A stretch of 64,000 nt of DNA from Synechococcales cyanobacterium VAR_4_metabat_354 (GCA_031414775.1 JANOQI010000046.1:32001-96000); one strand, 5' to 3'; positions 29,656 through 41,187 are shown, counted from the first letter of the stretch. The notes: generated by a model from the sequence alone, not told the origin. Made by a program: numbers and translations.

Positions 29656-30291
29656 TTAATTTAGAGCATCTAGGGCTAAGTTCAATTTCAGTACATTTAC
29701 ACCAGGTTCGCCGAAGATGCCGAGGGATCGATTATCGGTATTCTGGGCGATGAGGGTTTGTAGTTGATCGGGTGATAGCTTACGCATTTGGGCAATGTGT
29801 TGAATCTGTGCTCGTGCGGCCTCGGGGGTAATATGCGGGTCGAGACTGGAACCGGAGGTATAAAGTAAATCGGCGGTGGGTTGGATACCGACCTGTTGCA
29901 GCCTGGGGAGATCGCCAGCAATTGCTTTTTGGGGATCGGGGTCACTTTTGCCTTTGATCCGATCGAGCAAGGCTGGATTACTAGGCGCGAGATTACTGGC
30001 TCCAGAAATGCCTGTTTTAAGAATTCCAGCCTCGTCTGTTTTGGGGTCAGCGGTGCTATAACTAGTGCTGCTAGGACGATTATTAAAATACCTGTCGCTG
30101 GTAAATGGTTGACCAATTAATGCTGAACCAATTACTTGACCTTGAGCATTTTTAATTAAACTACCATTCGCTTGATAAGGGAAGGCGATCTGGGAGATTG
30201 CTAACATTGCAAATGGATAAATCACTGCGACTAATAGCCAGAGAACTAATGTCGATCGAATTGCTCTCACAATTTCACGTACTGGATTCAT
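29656..30291 (-). CDS. kdpC: K+-transporting ATPase subunit C
   Basis: QANGSLI, GSALIGQPF, SGASNLAPSN, SGSSLDPHIT and GEPGVNVLKLNLALD. Confidence 0.96.
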   Translation of the reverse strand: MNPVREIVRAIRSTLVLWLLVAVIYPFAMLAISQIAFPYQANGSLIKNAQGQVIGSALIGQPFTSDRYFNNRPSSTSYSTADPKTDEAGILKTGISGASNLAPSNPALLDRIKGKSDPDPQKAIAGDLPRLQQVGIQPTADLLYTSGSSLDPHITPEAARAQIQHIAQMRKLSPDQLQTLIAQNTDNRSLGIFGEPGVNVLKLNLALDALN

Positions 30292-30296
30292 AATTT

Positions 30297-30527
30297 TTAA
30301 AACCGTTCTGGTTGAAACATCACCATAAATAAATAGATCGAAAGACTCACAGTGCCCATCCCTAAAATACCTAGAGCATAAATTTGCGGACGGGAGAAGG
30401 TATCACCGGTGGCGGCCAACACGCTGGAGGCCAGTACTAAGTTAAAACATAGTGCCAAAAACAAATAAGTGGGATATTTCCGCCGACACCAAGCTTGCCA
30501 AACTGTGACCAAATTTTCAGAAATCAT
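30297..30527 (-). CDS. Cyanobacterial KdpG / KdpF-like hydrophobic subunit
   Basis: Two hydrophobic segments and a KdpF-like end YLFMVMFQPERF; lies between kdpB and kdpC. Confidence 0.8.
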   Translation of the reverse strand: MISENLVTVWQAWCRRKYPTYLFLALCFNLVLASSVLAATGDTFSRPQIYALGILGMGTVSLSIYLFMVMFQPERF

Positions 30528-30540
30528 ACGTTTATATTAG

Positions 30541-32628
30541 CTAGATAATAGGAAGTAAAACATCAATGATTTTAATCGCGATAAACGGGGCAATTACACC
30601 GCCTAATCCGTAGATTAAAATATTACGTTGCAATAATTGGTCGGCAGTTAATGGACGAAATTTAACTCCATTGAGAGCCAGGGGAATTAAGATGGGAATA
30701 ATTAGAGCGTTGTAGATTAGTGCGGCGAGAATAGCCGATTGGGGACTCTTTAAACCCATTACATTTAATGTCCCAATGCCAGCGGCGGCAAAGATGGTGG
30801 GAATAATCGCGAAGTATTTGGCGATATCATTAGCGATCGAGAAAGTCGTTAAGGCACCACGGGTAATTAGTAGTTGCTTGCCGATTGCCACCAAATCGAT
30901 CAACTTGGTTGGATCAGAGTCTAGATCAACCATATTGGCCGCTTCTTTGGCTGCTTGGGTACCGGAGTTCATCGCTACCCCGACATTTGCTTGGGCGAGG
31001 GCAGGCGCGTCGTTGGTACCATCGCCAGTCATGGCTACCAGCTTACCTTGGGATTGTTCGCGCTTAATTACGTCGATTTTATCTTCCGGTGTGGCTTCGG
31101 CGATAAAGTCATCGACTCCCGCTTCTTGGGCAATCACCGAGGCGGTGATCCGGTTATCGCCAGTGAGCATAATCGTTTTGACACCCATCCGCCGCAGTTG
31201 ATCGAAACGTTCTTTCAGTCCAGATTTGACAATATCTTTGAGATAAATTACGCCGTACAAGTCCCCATCCTGACACACGCCGAGGGGAGTTCCACCTAGT
31301 TTTGAGACTTGCTCGTAGGCGGTATCAAATTCGCTGGGAATAGTACCGCCACGGGAACGCACAAACCCCCGAATTGCATCGATCGCCCCTTTGCGAATTT
31401 CGATACCATTAGGTAAATCGGTACCGCTCATGCGGGTTCGAGCTGAGAATTCTACCCCCGTTGCTTGCGCTGGATCCACATCAATTTTTGTACCTAATTT
31501 TTCGGCGAGTTGGACGATCGATTTACCTTCAGGTGTTTCGTCAAACAAGCTTCCAGCTAGAGCTACAGCCGCCAGTTCTTGGACAGAATGATCGTTGACG
31601 GGGATAAATTCATCAGCCAATCGATTCCCCAGGGTGATTGTACCCGTTTTATCGAGAATCAATGTATTGACATCGCCGCAGGCTTCCACCGCCCGCCCAG
31701 ATGTAGCGATCACATTAAATTGCGCTACCCGATTCATCCCTGCAATCCCGATCGCACTTAGCAATCCACCAATTGTAGTCGGAATCAACGCGACTAATAA
31801 TGATACTAAAATCGCAATCGTCACTGGTGTTTTGACATAGTTTGCTAGTGGCGACAGAGTGGCTACCACAATCAAAAATACCTGTGTCAGCACCGCCAGA
31901 AATACCGTCAGGGCAATCTCATTCGGCGTTTTCGAGCGTTTGGCACCCTCTACCAAGGCGATCATTCGATCAATAAATCCCTGCCCTGGATCGGCAGTAA
32001 TCAAGATCGTCAACTCATCAGAAACTACTCTGGTACCACCTGTCACCGAACTGGCGATGTCTGTTCCGGGCTGTTTGAGGACGGGAGCAGATTCTCCCGT
32101 AATTGCCGACTCATCGACCGACGCGACCCCTAAAACTACTTCCCCATCAGCGGGAATCAATTCGCCGATTTTGACGATGACTCGATCGCCTTTTCGTAAT
32201 TCAGTCGAACTAACTTGAGCAATCGCACCATCGGGTAGCACCTTGGAAGCGATCGTATCCGACCTACTCGATCTCAGTGAATCTGCTTGAGCCTTCCCGC
32301 GTCCTTCCGCCACCGCTTCGGCAAAGTTAGCAAAAATAACTGTCAAAAATAGGATGATGGTAATCGATCCATTTAATATCCGTTGCTGATTTACATCTGC
32401 TCGCACCGTCCCAAATAAATTAGGATCGATGGTGACGAGCAAAGTAACGATCGTACCGACCCACACCACAAACATCACCGGATTTCCCACCGCTGTGCGC
32501 GGATCGAGCTTCCTGACAGCATCGCGCACAGCTCCTTGATACAACCCTTTCATTGCAGCTTTCTGTGGGTGTCGGCGTGAGTCTCTAGTGCCACCGGGCT
32601 GTGGGGAGCGAGAAGATTTGCTAGTCAT
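30541..32628 (-). CDS. kdpB: K+-transporting ATPase subunit B
   Basis: [22 protein letters not shown] and [11 protein letters not shown]. Confidence 0.98.
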   Translation of the reverse strand: MTSKSSRSPQPGGTRDSRRHPQKAAMKGLYQGAVRDAVRKLDPRTAVGNPVMFVVWVGTIVTLLVTIDPNLFGTVRADVNQQRILNGSITIILFLTVIFANFAEAVAEGRGKAQADSLRSSRSDTIASKVLPDGAIAQVSSTELRKGDRVIVKIGELIPADGEVVLGVASVDESAITGESAPVLKQPGTDIASSVTGGTRVVSDELTILITADPGQGFIDRMIALVEGAKRSKTPNEIALTVFLAVLTQVFLIVVATLSPLANYVKTPVTIAILVSLLVALIPTTIGGLLSAIGIAGMNRVAQFNVIATSGRAVEACGDVNTLILDKTGTITLGNRLADEFIPVNDHSVQELAAVALAGSLFDETPEGKSIVQLAEKLGTKIDVDPAQATGVEFSARTRMSGTDLPNGIEIRKGAIDAIRGFVRSRGGTIPSEFDTAYEQVSKLGGTPLGVCQDGDLYGVIYLKDIVKSGLKERFDQLRRMGVKTIMLTGDNRITASVIAQEAGVDDFIAEATPEDKIDVIKREQSQGKLVAMTGDGTNDAPALAQANVGVAMNSGTQAAKEAANMVDLDSDPTKLIDLVAIGKQLLITRGALTTFSIANDIAKYFAIIPTIFAAAGIGTLNVMGLKSPQSAILAALIYNALIIPILIPLALNGVKFRPLTADQLLQRNILIYGLGGVIAPFIAIKIIDVLLPII

Positions 32629-32631
32629 ATT

Positions 32632-34341
32632 TTAAGCTCCCCGCATCAGTTGAAAGGCTTCAGCGATCGGTCCTAGTGCTAGTACTGGAAAAAAAGTTAA
32701 GGCACCCATAATCAAAATCACACCTGTGGTAACTCCGGTAAACAACAATGTATCCGTGCGAAGCGTGCCCGTAGTAAAGGGAACAGGCTGTTTTTGAGAC
32801 ATTCCCTCAGCGAGTAATAGCAACGCCACGATCGGCACATAGCGACCACCTAGTAGACTGAAACAAGTACTCAGATTCCACCACAATGCCGTCGGGGCCG
32901 GTTGACTATCGGCTAATCCTTCAAAGCCAGAGCCATTATTAGCCGCAGCCGAGGCATATTCATACATTACTTGCGCCAATCCATGAAAACCAGGATTGCT
33001 AATTCCCGCTAATTGTTCGGGAAATGCTAACGCGATCGCGCCTGGCAGCAAGACGAAAATCGGGTGTATTAATAGGAGTAAAAAACTAGTTAGCACTACC
33101 TCGTTTTTTTCAATCTTCCGTCCCAAAAATTCTGGTGTGCGTCCTACCATTAATCCCGTCACAAATACCGCCAAAATCAGATAACAAAACAGGTACGCTG
33201 TTCCGGTGCCCTGTCCACCCCAAATGATTTGGAGAAACAAATTGGATAGTAAAATAAAGCCACCCGCAGGCATAAATGAATCGTGCATCGAGTTCACCGC
33301 ACCAGTCATCGTCCCAGTAGTAGTCACCGCATATAAAGCCGACTGCGCCCACCCAAATCGAACTTCTTTGCCCTCTAGATTGGGCTGTGAGCTGCCTAAA
33401 ATGGAATTAACCAGAGGATTGCCCTGATACTCACCAACGGCGGTCACGATGATAAATGCCACATACAGCACAAACACCATCCCAAAAACTAACCAGGCTT
33501 GCTTACGATTGTCGGCAATCACGCCGTAGGTATAAATCAACGAAGTAGGAATCGAAATCATCGTCAAAATCTGAATCAGGTTAGTCAATCCATTCGGATT
33601 TTCAAACGGATGAGCGGAGTTAATCGCAAAAAATCCTCCACCGTTTTCACCTAATTGTTTAATTATCTCAAAATGTGCCACTGGCCCGATTGCGATCGAT
33701 TGACTGATATTCGGATTTTCCAGTGTTGGTACAACTATTGCCCCAGCGAGGGTTTCAGGTGTACCTGCGGCAACTAAAACGATCGTCCCGACAATACTAA
33801 TTGGAAGTAAAATTCGGGTAATTGCCTGGGTTAGATCGACATAAAAATTGCCCAAAGGTCTACCCGTTAAACCGCGAATGAAGGCGATCGCTACAGCAAT
33901 TCCTGTTCCCGCAGAAGTAAAAAACATAAACCCCAACCCTAGCATCTGCGAGAAATAACTATAGGTTGTTTCACCGGAATAATGCTGCTGATTGGTATTC
34001 GTCATAAACGAAATCGCCGTATGCAATGCGGTATCCCAACTAGGCGCACCCAAACCTGTAGGATTGAGCGGTAGCAATCCCTGACTCATCAGCATCAAAA
34101 ATAGCGAAATCGCCATTGCTAGATTGCTATAGAGAATTGCCCTCGCATATTGCCATCCAGTCATCTGCGCTTGAGGCTGTACACCACCCAATCTAAAGAT
34201 CAGTTGATCGATCAGATTTAAGACTCGATCTAAAAATGTTCTTTGACCTAGATAAACACGGGCAATATATCCACCAAATATCGGTGTAATTGCTAAGATA
34301 ATAACTAGTGTCAATCCGATTTGAATCCATCCTTGTATCAT
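32632..34341 (-). CDS. kdpA: K+-transporting ATPase subunit A
   Basis: [39 protein letters not shown] and ANNGSGFEG. Confidence 0.98.
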   Translation of the reverse strand: MIQGWIQIGLTLVIILAITPIFGGYIARVYLGQRTFLDRVLNLIDQLIFRLGGVQPQAQMTGWQYARAILYSNLAMAISLFLMLMSQGLLPLNPTGLGAPSWDTALHTAISFMTNTNQQHYSGETTYSYFSQMLGLGFMFFTSAGTGIAVAIAFIRGLTGRPLGNFYVDLTQAITRILLPISIVGTIVLVAAGTPETLAGAIVVPTLENPNISQSIAIGPVAHFEIIKQLGENGGGFFAINSAHPFENPNGLTNLIQILTMISIPTSLIYTYGVIADNRKQAWLVFGMVFVLYVAFIIVTAVGEYQGNPLVNSILGSSQPNLEGKEVRFGWAQSALYAVTTTGTMTGAVNSMHDSFMPAGGFILLSNLFLQIIWGGQGTGTAYLFCYLILAVFVTGLMVGRTPEFLGRKIEKNEVVLTSFLLLLIHPIFVLLPGAIALAFPEQLAGISNPGFHGLAQVMYEYASAAANNGSGFEGLADSQPAPTALWWNLSTCFSLLGGRYVPIVALLLLAEGMSQKQPVPFTTGTLRTDTLLFTGVTTGVILIMGALTFFPVLALGPIAEAFQLMRGA

Positions 34342-34565
34342 GATTCAATATTTCTCCGACATTTTCATGGTGGGTTTGGTTGAATAATGTTGCTGTTGTT
34401 AATCAGATCATGACGCACTTATTGAATGTTGATAAAGATATAACTTTATGTTTAATCGAGTTTACCCTGTTTTGATCGCCATCCAAAATAATCTCTTGGA
34501 TCGGTCGCGCTCATAATATTTGCATTTTCGATCGACTCCCGATTAGGAGCATTAAATAGTCCCCC

Positions 34566-34626
34566 TCTACCCATTGATAGAGAGTAACAGCATAATATCT
34601 GCACTGAAAATCTGTCTGTTGATTGA
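34566..34626. promoter_or_regulatory. Paired palindromic boxes TCTAYC-N4-GRTAGA upstream of stress operon
   Basis: TCTACC-CATT-GATAGA (34566-34581) and the weaker TCTGTC-TGTT-GATTGA (34611-34626). Confidence 0.55.
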
Positions 34627-34689
34627 TTCGTTAGCTAGGTAGTCCCCAGTATAACTAGGTAGTGTCCATTACATCAGAGGTTTAATACC

Positions 34690-35067
34690 ATGAAGTTTAA
34701 TACTAAGACTATCGTTGCTAACCTTCAACAGCACCTCGCAAAATTTGTGAGCGGACTATTGATGCTAGCTCTAGTTTGGCAAATTGTCATTCTGGGAGTT
34801 GATTCAGCTATGGCATCTCCTATACTGGCCACCAGTGCTGACAGTATTTCTAAGCAAGTAACCGGTAAAGCCGAAGAGATGAAAGGTTCGGCCACGAGAT
34901 CGATCGGGAAAGCTCAGTCTGCCCTGGAAGACAAAAAAGGTGCAGCCAAAATGAAAGTCAAAGACGATTTAACTGAAACCAAGATTGCTGTGGACAAAAA
35001 TGCCGCTAGAGCTGGAAATGCTGTAGACAAAGCTGGTAGCGCCGTCAAAGACTTCTTCGGTAAATAA
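34690..35067 (+). CDS. Hydrophilic stress protein with N-terminal hydrophobic segment (CsbD/LEA-like)
   Basis: Signal-like N-terminus followed by a K/A/D-rich helical region (GKAEEMKGSA..IGKAQ). Confidence 0.75.
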   Translation: MKFNTKTIVANLQQHLAKFVSGLLMLALVWQIVILGVDSAMASPILATSADSISKQVTGKAEEMKGSATRSIGKAQSALEDKKGAAKMKVKDDLTETKIAVDKNAARAGNAVDKAGSAVKDFFGK

Positions 35068-35110
35068 AACCCCAGATTAAATCAATTAAATTTGTAGCAG
35101 GATGTAAAAA

Positions 35111-35356
35111 ATGAACTTTATTTGGTTCGCTTTGATCGGTTTGTGTGCTGGTTGGCTAGCGGGTCAACTAGTCAAAGGCAGTGGCTTTGGCCTCGTGGGA
35201 GACATTGTTGTTGGGGTAGTTGGTTCACTATTGGGCGGCTATCTGTTCAGCACTTTTGGTGTGGCTTCCGGCAGTGGAATGCTAGGTAGCTTGATCGTAG
35301 CTACTGTTGGCGCTGTCGTTCTGCTATTCGGGTTGCGCCTAATTAAGTCTGTTTAA
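35111..35356 (+). CDS. GlsB/YeaQ/YmgE family stress-response membrane protein
   Basis: IGLCAGWLAG..GFGLVGDIVVGVVGSLLGG..LIVATVGAVVLL. Confidence 0.9.
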   Translation: MNFIWFALIGLCAGWLAGQLVKGSGFGLVGDIVVGVVGSLLGGYLFSTFGVASGSGMLGSLIVATVGAVVLLFGLRLIKSV

Positions 35357-35385
35357 CTTAGTAAAAATAACTTTTGGAAGAGACT

Positions 35386-35925
35386 ATGCGTACTATCAAT
35401 ATTGGTCTAACGGATCAGCAACGGCAGGGTGTGATCAATTTACTCAATCGCGATTTAGCAGACAACTATTTGTTGCTAGTAAAAACCAAGAAATTTCACT
35501 GGGATATAGTTGGGCCACAGTTTCTAACTCTCCATAAACTTTGGGAAGAGCACTACAATGTCCTCACTGCCAACATTGATGCTTGTGCCGAACGGATTCG
35601 GACTCTTGGTGGTTATCCGATTGGTACTATGCAAGGCTTTCTAGAACTGGCATCTCTCAGTGAATATCCTGGCAATGTCCCGATGGCTACTGAAATGGTG
35701 GATGTTCTGCTCGAAAACCATGAACAGGTCATTCGCAATATGCGGGATCACATTGACCTTTGCAGCGAAAATTTTCACGACCAAGGGACAGCAGATTTTC
35801 TGACTGGGTTAATGGAACAACACGAACAAATAGCCTGGATACTCCGATCATTTATTGAAGGAGAGGCTGTGTTTGCAAGTGGTTCTCGATCCGATCTTAC
35901 CAATCAGTCTAAAGTCGGTGTTTGA
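35386..35925 (+). CDS. dps: Dps family DNA-protecting ferritin-like protein
   Basis: KTKKFHWDIVGPQFLTLHKLWEE, IDACAERIRTLGG and DQGTADFL...HEQIAW. Confidence 0.95.
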   Translation: MRTINIGLTDQQRQGVINLLNRDLADNYLLLVKTKKFHWDIVGPQFLTLHKLWEEHYNVLTANIDACAERIRTLGGYPIGTMQGFLELASLSEYPGNVPMATEMVDVLLENHEQVIRNMRDHIDLCSENFHDQGTADFLTGLMEQHEQIAWILRSFIEGEAVFASGSRSDLTNQSKVGV

Positions 35926-35981
35926 TCACCCCACTGTTTACATTCAATAATCTGCATCTAATCTTTTAAGGAGTTTTTACC

Positions 35982-36770
35982 ATGTCTGAACAAGCTCTAG
36001 CTATGTGCGTTACTGCTCCTGCCACAAAATGTACGATCTCAGCGATCTTTCAGGAAGAGCGTCAAATTGATGGCGTGGTACGGCGCTTGATCGATCGAGG
36101 TATTTTCAAAGATGAGATATCGGTAATGGGACGCAATTTTCAATCTGAAACTCGAATCACCGGATTTATTTCTAAGCGCGACGTGATCTTGGGTGGACTG
36201 CGCAGCGGAGCTGTTTTTGGCTCCCTGTTTGGGTCTTTCTTGAGCCTACTTACTGGCGTGGGCGTATTACTGATCCCCTTTGTCGGACCAGTGGTAGCAG
36301 CCGGACCCATTGGCGCAATCTTGCTAGGAGCCACTAGCGGCGCGATCGCTGGTAGTGCCGGAGCAGGATTAGTCTCGGTTTTGATGGCGCTGGGAATGCC
36401 CGAGGAACAAGCGACACTTTACCAAACCCGCCTCCAAGCTGGTGAATTTGTGATGATGTTGGAAGTGCCGTCCGATCGAACGGGTGAGTACAAATTATTG
36501 CTAGAAGCTTCTGGTGGGAAGGATATCCATACTATTGATTCTCCTTTGCCCAGAGCTGGTGAGAAATGTAATAGCCCCGCAGACTTGTCTCCTGAAATTC
36601 GTGCTCATCTCTCTTTAGAAGCCCAAATCGTTTTTGTATCGAGCTATGGCGTTGCTTTAAAAGAAATGAATGACGACACCAAAGCAGAGCACGCTGCCTG
36701 GGCAAAGGTACAGGAACGATTTGATGAAGACGAAAATGGGGTTTGGTCGAAAGCGAAAGTCGCTGCTTGA
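35982..36770 (+). CDS. General-stress membrane protein with C-terminal ChaB domain
   Basis: Gly-rich membrane segment ([12 protein letters not shown]); C-terminal [26 protein letters not shown] is ChaB-like. Confidence 0.78.
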   Translation: MSEQALAMCVTAPATKCTISAIFQEERQIDGVVRRLIDRGIFKDEISVMGRNFQSETRITGFISKRDVILGGLRSGAVFGSLFGSFLSLLTGVGVLLIPFVGPVVAAGPIGAILLGATSGAIAGSAGAGLVSVLMALGMPEEQATLYQTRLQAGEFVMMLEVPSDRTGEYKLLLEASGGKDIHTIDSPLPRAGEKCNSPADLSPEIRAHLSLEAQIVFVSSYGVALKEMNDDTKAEHAAWAKVQERFDEDENGVWSKAKVAA

Positions 36771-36790
36771 CCTCTTTACCTAATCATACA

Positions 36791-36883
36791 TAAGCGTTTC
36801 CGGGTCGATACAACTATTCTATGCGGCTCTAATCCAAGTTGAGCAAAAATTGCTGATACCTCACTCGACTCGGAACCGCCATA
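36791..36883. repeat. MITE-like element with ~15-bp imperfect terminal inverted repeats
   Basis: GCGTTTCCGGGTCGA (36794-36808) vs TCGACTCGGAACCGC (36865-36879), 2 mismatches; flanked by TA; resembles the IS630 end at 57522. Confidence 0.5.
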
Positions 36884-36916
36884 ACACTTTAATCCTAAAG
36901 AGCAACGTCATGAAAT

Positions 36917-37540
36917 TTAAACCAAGGTGACAGCTTTTTGGGCAACTATCACTAACCATGATTGCTGTTCGATCGGCATCCCCGGTGGTCGATAATAGTG
37001 ATCAAGAATTTGAAATCCAGCAGCGAGCAGTTCTGGTGCCAGAGTCTCGTATTCCCAGCCCGTTACATAACGTGCACCAGTTGATCGCTCCGAAAAACCT
37101 TCATAATCACCCCGTACCATCGACATTACCAATACACCGCGATCGACTAAAGCTCGATATAGATCTTGAAGAACTCGTTGCATCTCATTAGCTGGAACAT
37201 GAATGAGCGAAGCATTAGCAAAAATGCCATCAAAGTAACTGTATGGTAAATTCAGGTTTAAGAAACTCTGCTCCCACACAGGACAATTAGCTGCCTCTTT
37301 GGCCATAGCTACAAAAGCAGGTGTGGCATCTAAGCCCGTTACATCATGCCCCAATTTCTGAAACTTCACCAGATCGCGGCCAGGACCACAGCCCAAATCT
37401 AATATTTTTCCTGGTGTACGAGGTAGAGCCGAAATCAAAGCTGCGCGGTTTTGAGAGACATCATGACCCCAAGTGCCATCCCGAAAAGATTCGGCAGTGA
37501 TTTGATATTCTGCAATCGTAATTTCTTCGTGTTGTTCCAT
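36917..37540 (-). CDS. Class I SAM-dependent methyltransferase
   Basis: ILDLGCGPGRD and FDGIFANASLIHVP; start set at ATG 37540. Confidence 0.9.
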   Translation of the reverse strand: MEQHEEITIAEYQITAESFRDGTWGHDVSQNRAALISALPRTPGKILDLGCGPGRDLVKFQKLGHDVTGLDATPAFVAMAKEAANCPVWEQSFLNLNLPYSYFDGIFANASLIHVPANEMQRVLQDLYRALVDRGVLVMSMVRGDYEGFSERSTGARYVTGWEYETLAPELLAAGFQILDHYYRPPGMPIEQQSWLVIVAQKAVTLV

Positions 37541-37744
37541 GTGAGAAAGAATTAGATTTATGGTTCTTAAAGTACTACAATTTTGGCGCTCGGGGGAATA
37601 TCCTACCAAGTGAAGAAAATTAGTATTGCTGAGTATGCTTTCAACGCTGCTTTGTAAATAGCGTTATTAGTTTACATTCTTGTCAACAGCTTGTCGGAGT
37701 GGAATATGCTAGCCTACGGTTAAGAGGATGTGAGGGGTAATGCC

Positions 37745-39733
37745 ATGACAATAAATCCGCAGCTGGATTTAGCAGCAGTGACTGCTCGCTACCAAAAATT
37801 GTTAGAACGTATTCCTTGTCTGGCTTGGTTGATGACCGATCAAGGGGATGTTGTTAGCGCCAATCAGCAATGCTACCAATACTTCGGGCGAGCCAATAGC
37901 AATGAATCGGCAGAGTCGATAACGCCCGACCACCCTTGGACATTTATAGAAATTTTACATGATGAGGACTATGATCGCTTTTGGTGCTCTTGGACAGCAG
38001 CCCAAAAGTCTCAGCAACGGCTAGCAATCGAACTCCAACTGTGCAGTGCTGGGGGAGACTGGGAGTGGTTTAAAGTCGAATTAGAGCCAGACTGCGATGC
38101 ATGGGGAGAAACAATCTGGATTGGTACGGCGATGCGATTGAGTGAGGGAGTGGCGTGTTTAGAAGGTCGGAAATCCACCCAGTTTTTGCCAGCAACGATA
38201 GCTCTCCAGCAAAGCGAGCAGAAGTTTCGGGCTATTTTTGATAGCGTGTTTCAGTTTATTGGGCTAATTGAACCTGATGGTACATTGATCGAAGCAAATC
38301 TTACTGCTCTGAGATTTGGTGGGATGAAAGCCGAAGAGGCGATCGGTTACCGGTTGTGGGAAGTCCCCGGCTGGAAGTTTTCGCCAGCTGCCCAACAACA
38401 ATTACGAGATTCGATCGCCCGAGCCGCGCAGGGGGAATTTATCCGCTATGAAGTTGAAGTGCAAGGCGCAGCCAATCAGTTGGTGCCGCTCGATTTTTCG
38501 TTGATGCCAATTCGCAACGATCGAGGTGAGATCGTGCTGATTATTCCGGAGGGACGGGATATCAGTCAGCTTAAACAGGCAGAAGTTGAACGAACTTGCG
38601 CTGAACGCCACAGCGAACGTTTATCGATCGCACTCCAAGTGGCCAAAGCTGGAGCTTGGCATTGGGATTTTATCAACCAAAAGATTTTTTGGACGCGGGA
38701 ATTTGAAATCTTGTTTGATTATGAACCGGGCACTACACAGCAAGTCTATAGCGAATGGTTTGCACGGTTGCATCCAGATGATCGAGAGCGGGCAGAAACT
38801 GCATTAAAAGGTACGATCGATCGAACTTTATCTGAATATCGCTGTGAATATCGGATTGTTTATCGAGATGGCCAAATCCGCTGGATTGATGCGATTGGTG
38901 AATTAAACACTGACGAGCATGGCCACCCTCGCCTATCGGGCTTAGTGTACGATATTACCGATCGCAAACAGCTAGAAATACTTAATCAAACACAAACCGC
39001 CGATCTACAACGTCTCAATAATTCGCTGATGTTGATACAACAACGGTTAAAGGAACAAAATGAGAAGCTTGATAGCTTTGTTTATGTGGCTTCCCACGAT
39101 CTCAAAGCTCCCTTGAGATCGATCGCCAATTTATCAGAATGGATCGAAGACGATCTCAACGGCCACATCTCGGAAGATAATCAGAAGCAATTTCAACTAT
39201 TGCGTCAACGAGTCCAACGCATGAATGCATTAATTGATGGACTGTTGCGCTACTCACGGATAGGACGACAGGAATTAACAATCGAAACTGTTGATGTAGC
39301 CCAACTTCTATCCGAGACGATCGATTCCCTTGACCCGCCAGCAAGTTTCAAAATAGAAATATTGTCGCCACTGCCCACTTTGGACACCAAAAGAATATTA
39401 TTAGGCCAAATCTTTGCCAACTTACTTAGTAATGCCATTAAACATCACGACCGAGCTACTGGTCAGATTGAGATCACTGCTAAGGATCTGGGTGATCGCT
39501 ATCAATTTTCGATCAGGGATGATGGCCCTGGGATTCCGGTCGGGGAAAGTCGAGAACGTATTTTCGAGATTTTTCAAACACTCCAACCCAGTGTCTCTAG
39601 CGAAAATACGGGGATTGGTTTAGCACTAATTAAAAAAATTATCGAAGGCGAAGGTGGTCAGGTCTGGTTAGAGGAGAACAGCAAAGAAGGTGCTTGTTTT
39701 TGTTTTACTTGGCTCAAGACATTTAAATATTAG
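37745..39733 (+). CDS. Multi-PAS sensor histidine kinase
   Basis: Three PAS-like domains (LHDEDY, FQFIGLIEPDG, LHPDDRERA); SHDLKAPLR; NLLSNAIKH; TGIGLALIKK. Confidence 0.9.
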   Translation: MTINPQLDLAAVTARYQKLLERIPCLAWLMTDQGDVVSANQQCYQYFGRANSNESAESITPDHPWTFIEILHDEDYDRFWCSWTAAQKSQQRLAIELQLCSAGGDWEWFKVELEPDCDAWGETIWIGTAMRLSEGVACLEGRKSTQFLPATIALQQSEQKFRAIFDSVFQFIGLIEPDGTLIEANLTALRFGGMKAEEAIGYRLWEVPGWKFSPAAQQQLRDSIARAAQGEFIRYEVEVQGAANQLVPLDFSLMPIRNDRGEIVLIIPEGRDISQLKQAEVERTCAERHSERLSIALQVAKAGAWHWDFINQKIFWTREFEILFDYEPGTTQQVYSEWFARLHPDDRERAETALKGTIDRTLSEYRCEYRIVYRDGQIRWIDAIGELNTDEHGHPRLSGLVYDITDRKQLEILNQTQTADLQRLNNSLMLIQQRLKEQNEKLDSFVYVASHDLKAPLRSIANLSEWIEDDLNGHISEDNQKQFQLLRQRVQRMNALIDGLLRYSRIGRQELTIETVDVAQLLSETIDSLDPPASFKIEILSPLPTLDTKRILLGQIFANLLSNAIKHHDRATGQIEITAKDLGDRYQFSIRDDGPGIPVGESRERIFEIFQTLQPSVSSENTGIGLALIKKIIEGEGGQVWLEENSKEGACFCFTWLKTFKY

Positions 39734-39791
39734 CTCTCCCGATCTATGTTCACGCAGCGCTATCTAGCAGTGCCTGAGATTTAATCAACCG

Positions 39792-40871
39792 TTATTTAAT
39801 CACTACTAATGACCGAGACCTTGCGTGGCCGTTATGTGACCATTTATTATCCAACACCTTATGGTAAACAGCTTCATAGCCGTCCGTCATCACCTGTACT
39901 CCAAATTTACGAGCAACATAGTCACGGCAGCTCTGTCTACTAATCGAGTGAATATTGGCTACTGCGGCTATGCATTCATCCACGCTCTCGCAAACAAAGC
40001 CATTTATACCATCGACAATTATTTCTGGGACTGAACCCATATTAATTCCAATTACTGGTGTTCCAGCCGCCATCGATTCAATCATCACTAGACCGAATGG
40101 TTCACGCCAGGTAATTGGGAATAAAGTAGCTATCGCTTTGCCCATCAAATTATTCTTTTGGTGATGATTAGCTTCGCCTAAAAATTGAATAAATTTGCCA
40201 TCAACAAAGGGGGCAATCTGTTCTTTGAAAAACTCTTCATCTACTGGGTCAACTTTACCAGCCATCTTAAGTGGAATTCCTACTCTTTTGGCAATCGTGA
40301 TCGCATGTTGTGGTCCTTTCTCATGCGACATCCGCCCTAAAAAAGCCAGATAAGCTGGAGCATCTGGCTGAGCAAAGAAACGATGGTCACTTACCCGAAT
40401 ACTATTGTAAACAGTAGCTACATAGTTTAAGCCTAAACTGGGTTCTCGTTGAGAGTTGGAAATGCTAATGTAGGGCTGGTCTTGGGCATAAGAGTAAAGC
40501 TTGGCGTTATCGCGCGTACATATTCCGTGCAATGTATGGACTGTAGGAGTTTTGCAAAGTTTTGCATGAGTCAAGGCTGCGCAACCAATATGAGAATGAA
40601 TGACATCAAACTCGGCGGCCTGGCCGTAGACTTGCCCCAGATTCAACATGTCATACACATCATATTCTTTGATATCAGGATCGAGACGTAAAGCTTGATG
40701 ATGAACTGACTTCAACTTTGCTGTTGTGATGGAATCTCCGGAGGCAAATAGAGTAACATCATGACCTCTGGCAACTAATTCCTCAGTCAAGAGACCAACA
40801 ACTAACTCAATTCCGCCATATGCTGGTGGTGGAACACGTTCCCAAAGCGGAGCGATCTGGGCAATTTTCAT
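39792..40871 (-). CDS. Glycosyltransferase family 4
   Basis: MKIAQIAPLWERVPPPAYGGIE and WREPFGLVMIESMAAGTPVI. Confidence 0.93.
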   Translation of the reverse strand: MKIAQIAPLWERVPPPAYGGIELVVGLLTEELVARGHDVTLFASGDSITTAKLKSVHHQALRLDPDIKEYDVYDMLNLGQVYGQAAEFDVIHSHIGCAALTHAKLCKTPTVHTLHGICTRDNAKLYSYAQDQPYISISNSQREPSLGLNYVATVYNSIRVSDHRFFAQPDAPAYLAFLGRMSHEKGPQHAITIAKRVGIPLKMAGKVDPVDEEFFKEQIAPFVDGKFIQFLGEANHHQKNNLMGKAIATLFPITWREPFGLVMIESMAAGTPVIGINMGSVPEIIVDGINGFVCESVDECIAAVANIHSISRQSCRDYVARKFGVQVMTDGYEAVYHKVLDNKWSHNGHARSRSLVVIK

Positions 40872-41187
40872 TACTTTTCTCTTTAATTTTTACTGAATAA
40901 AGCCTTCTTCACAAACATGCCTCCACCTCTACTACTAAATACTTTCAACCTCTGTCTCTAAATTTAGATTTTATATAATTTATGATCAGGGTTCAGTTCA
41001 GATATGAGGCATAATGATGATCCTCTGAATCCCTTTTTATTACTTAGCTCAACTTGCGACCGACTGTAAAAGATCACAATATGTCTGAGATGATTAAATA
41101 CTCCTCGTTCTACATTTGCAGTGGATTGAATTTTATTATTCTTTTGAATGAAATTCCTAGCAATCGGTGAAGTACTCACCCAGACGT

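Noticed and set aside
40964..41179. 71-aa minus-strand ORF upstream of GT4
   Set aside because: AT-rich promoter-like DNA, GTG start without RBS, no protein-like features.
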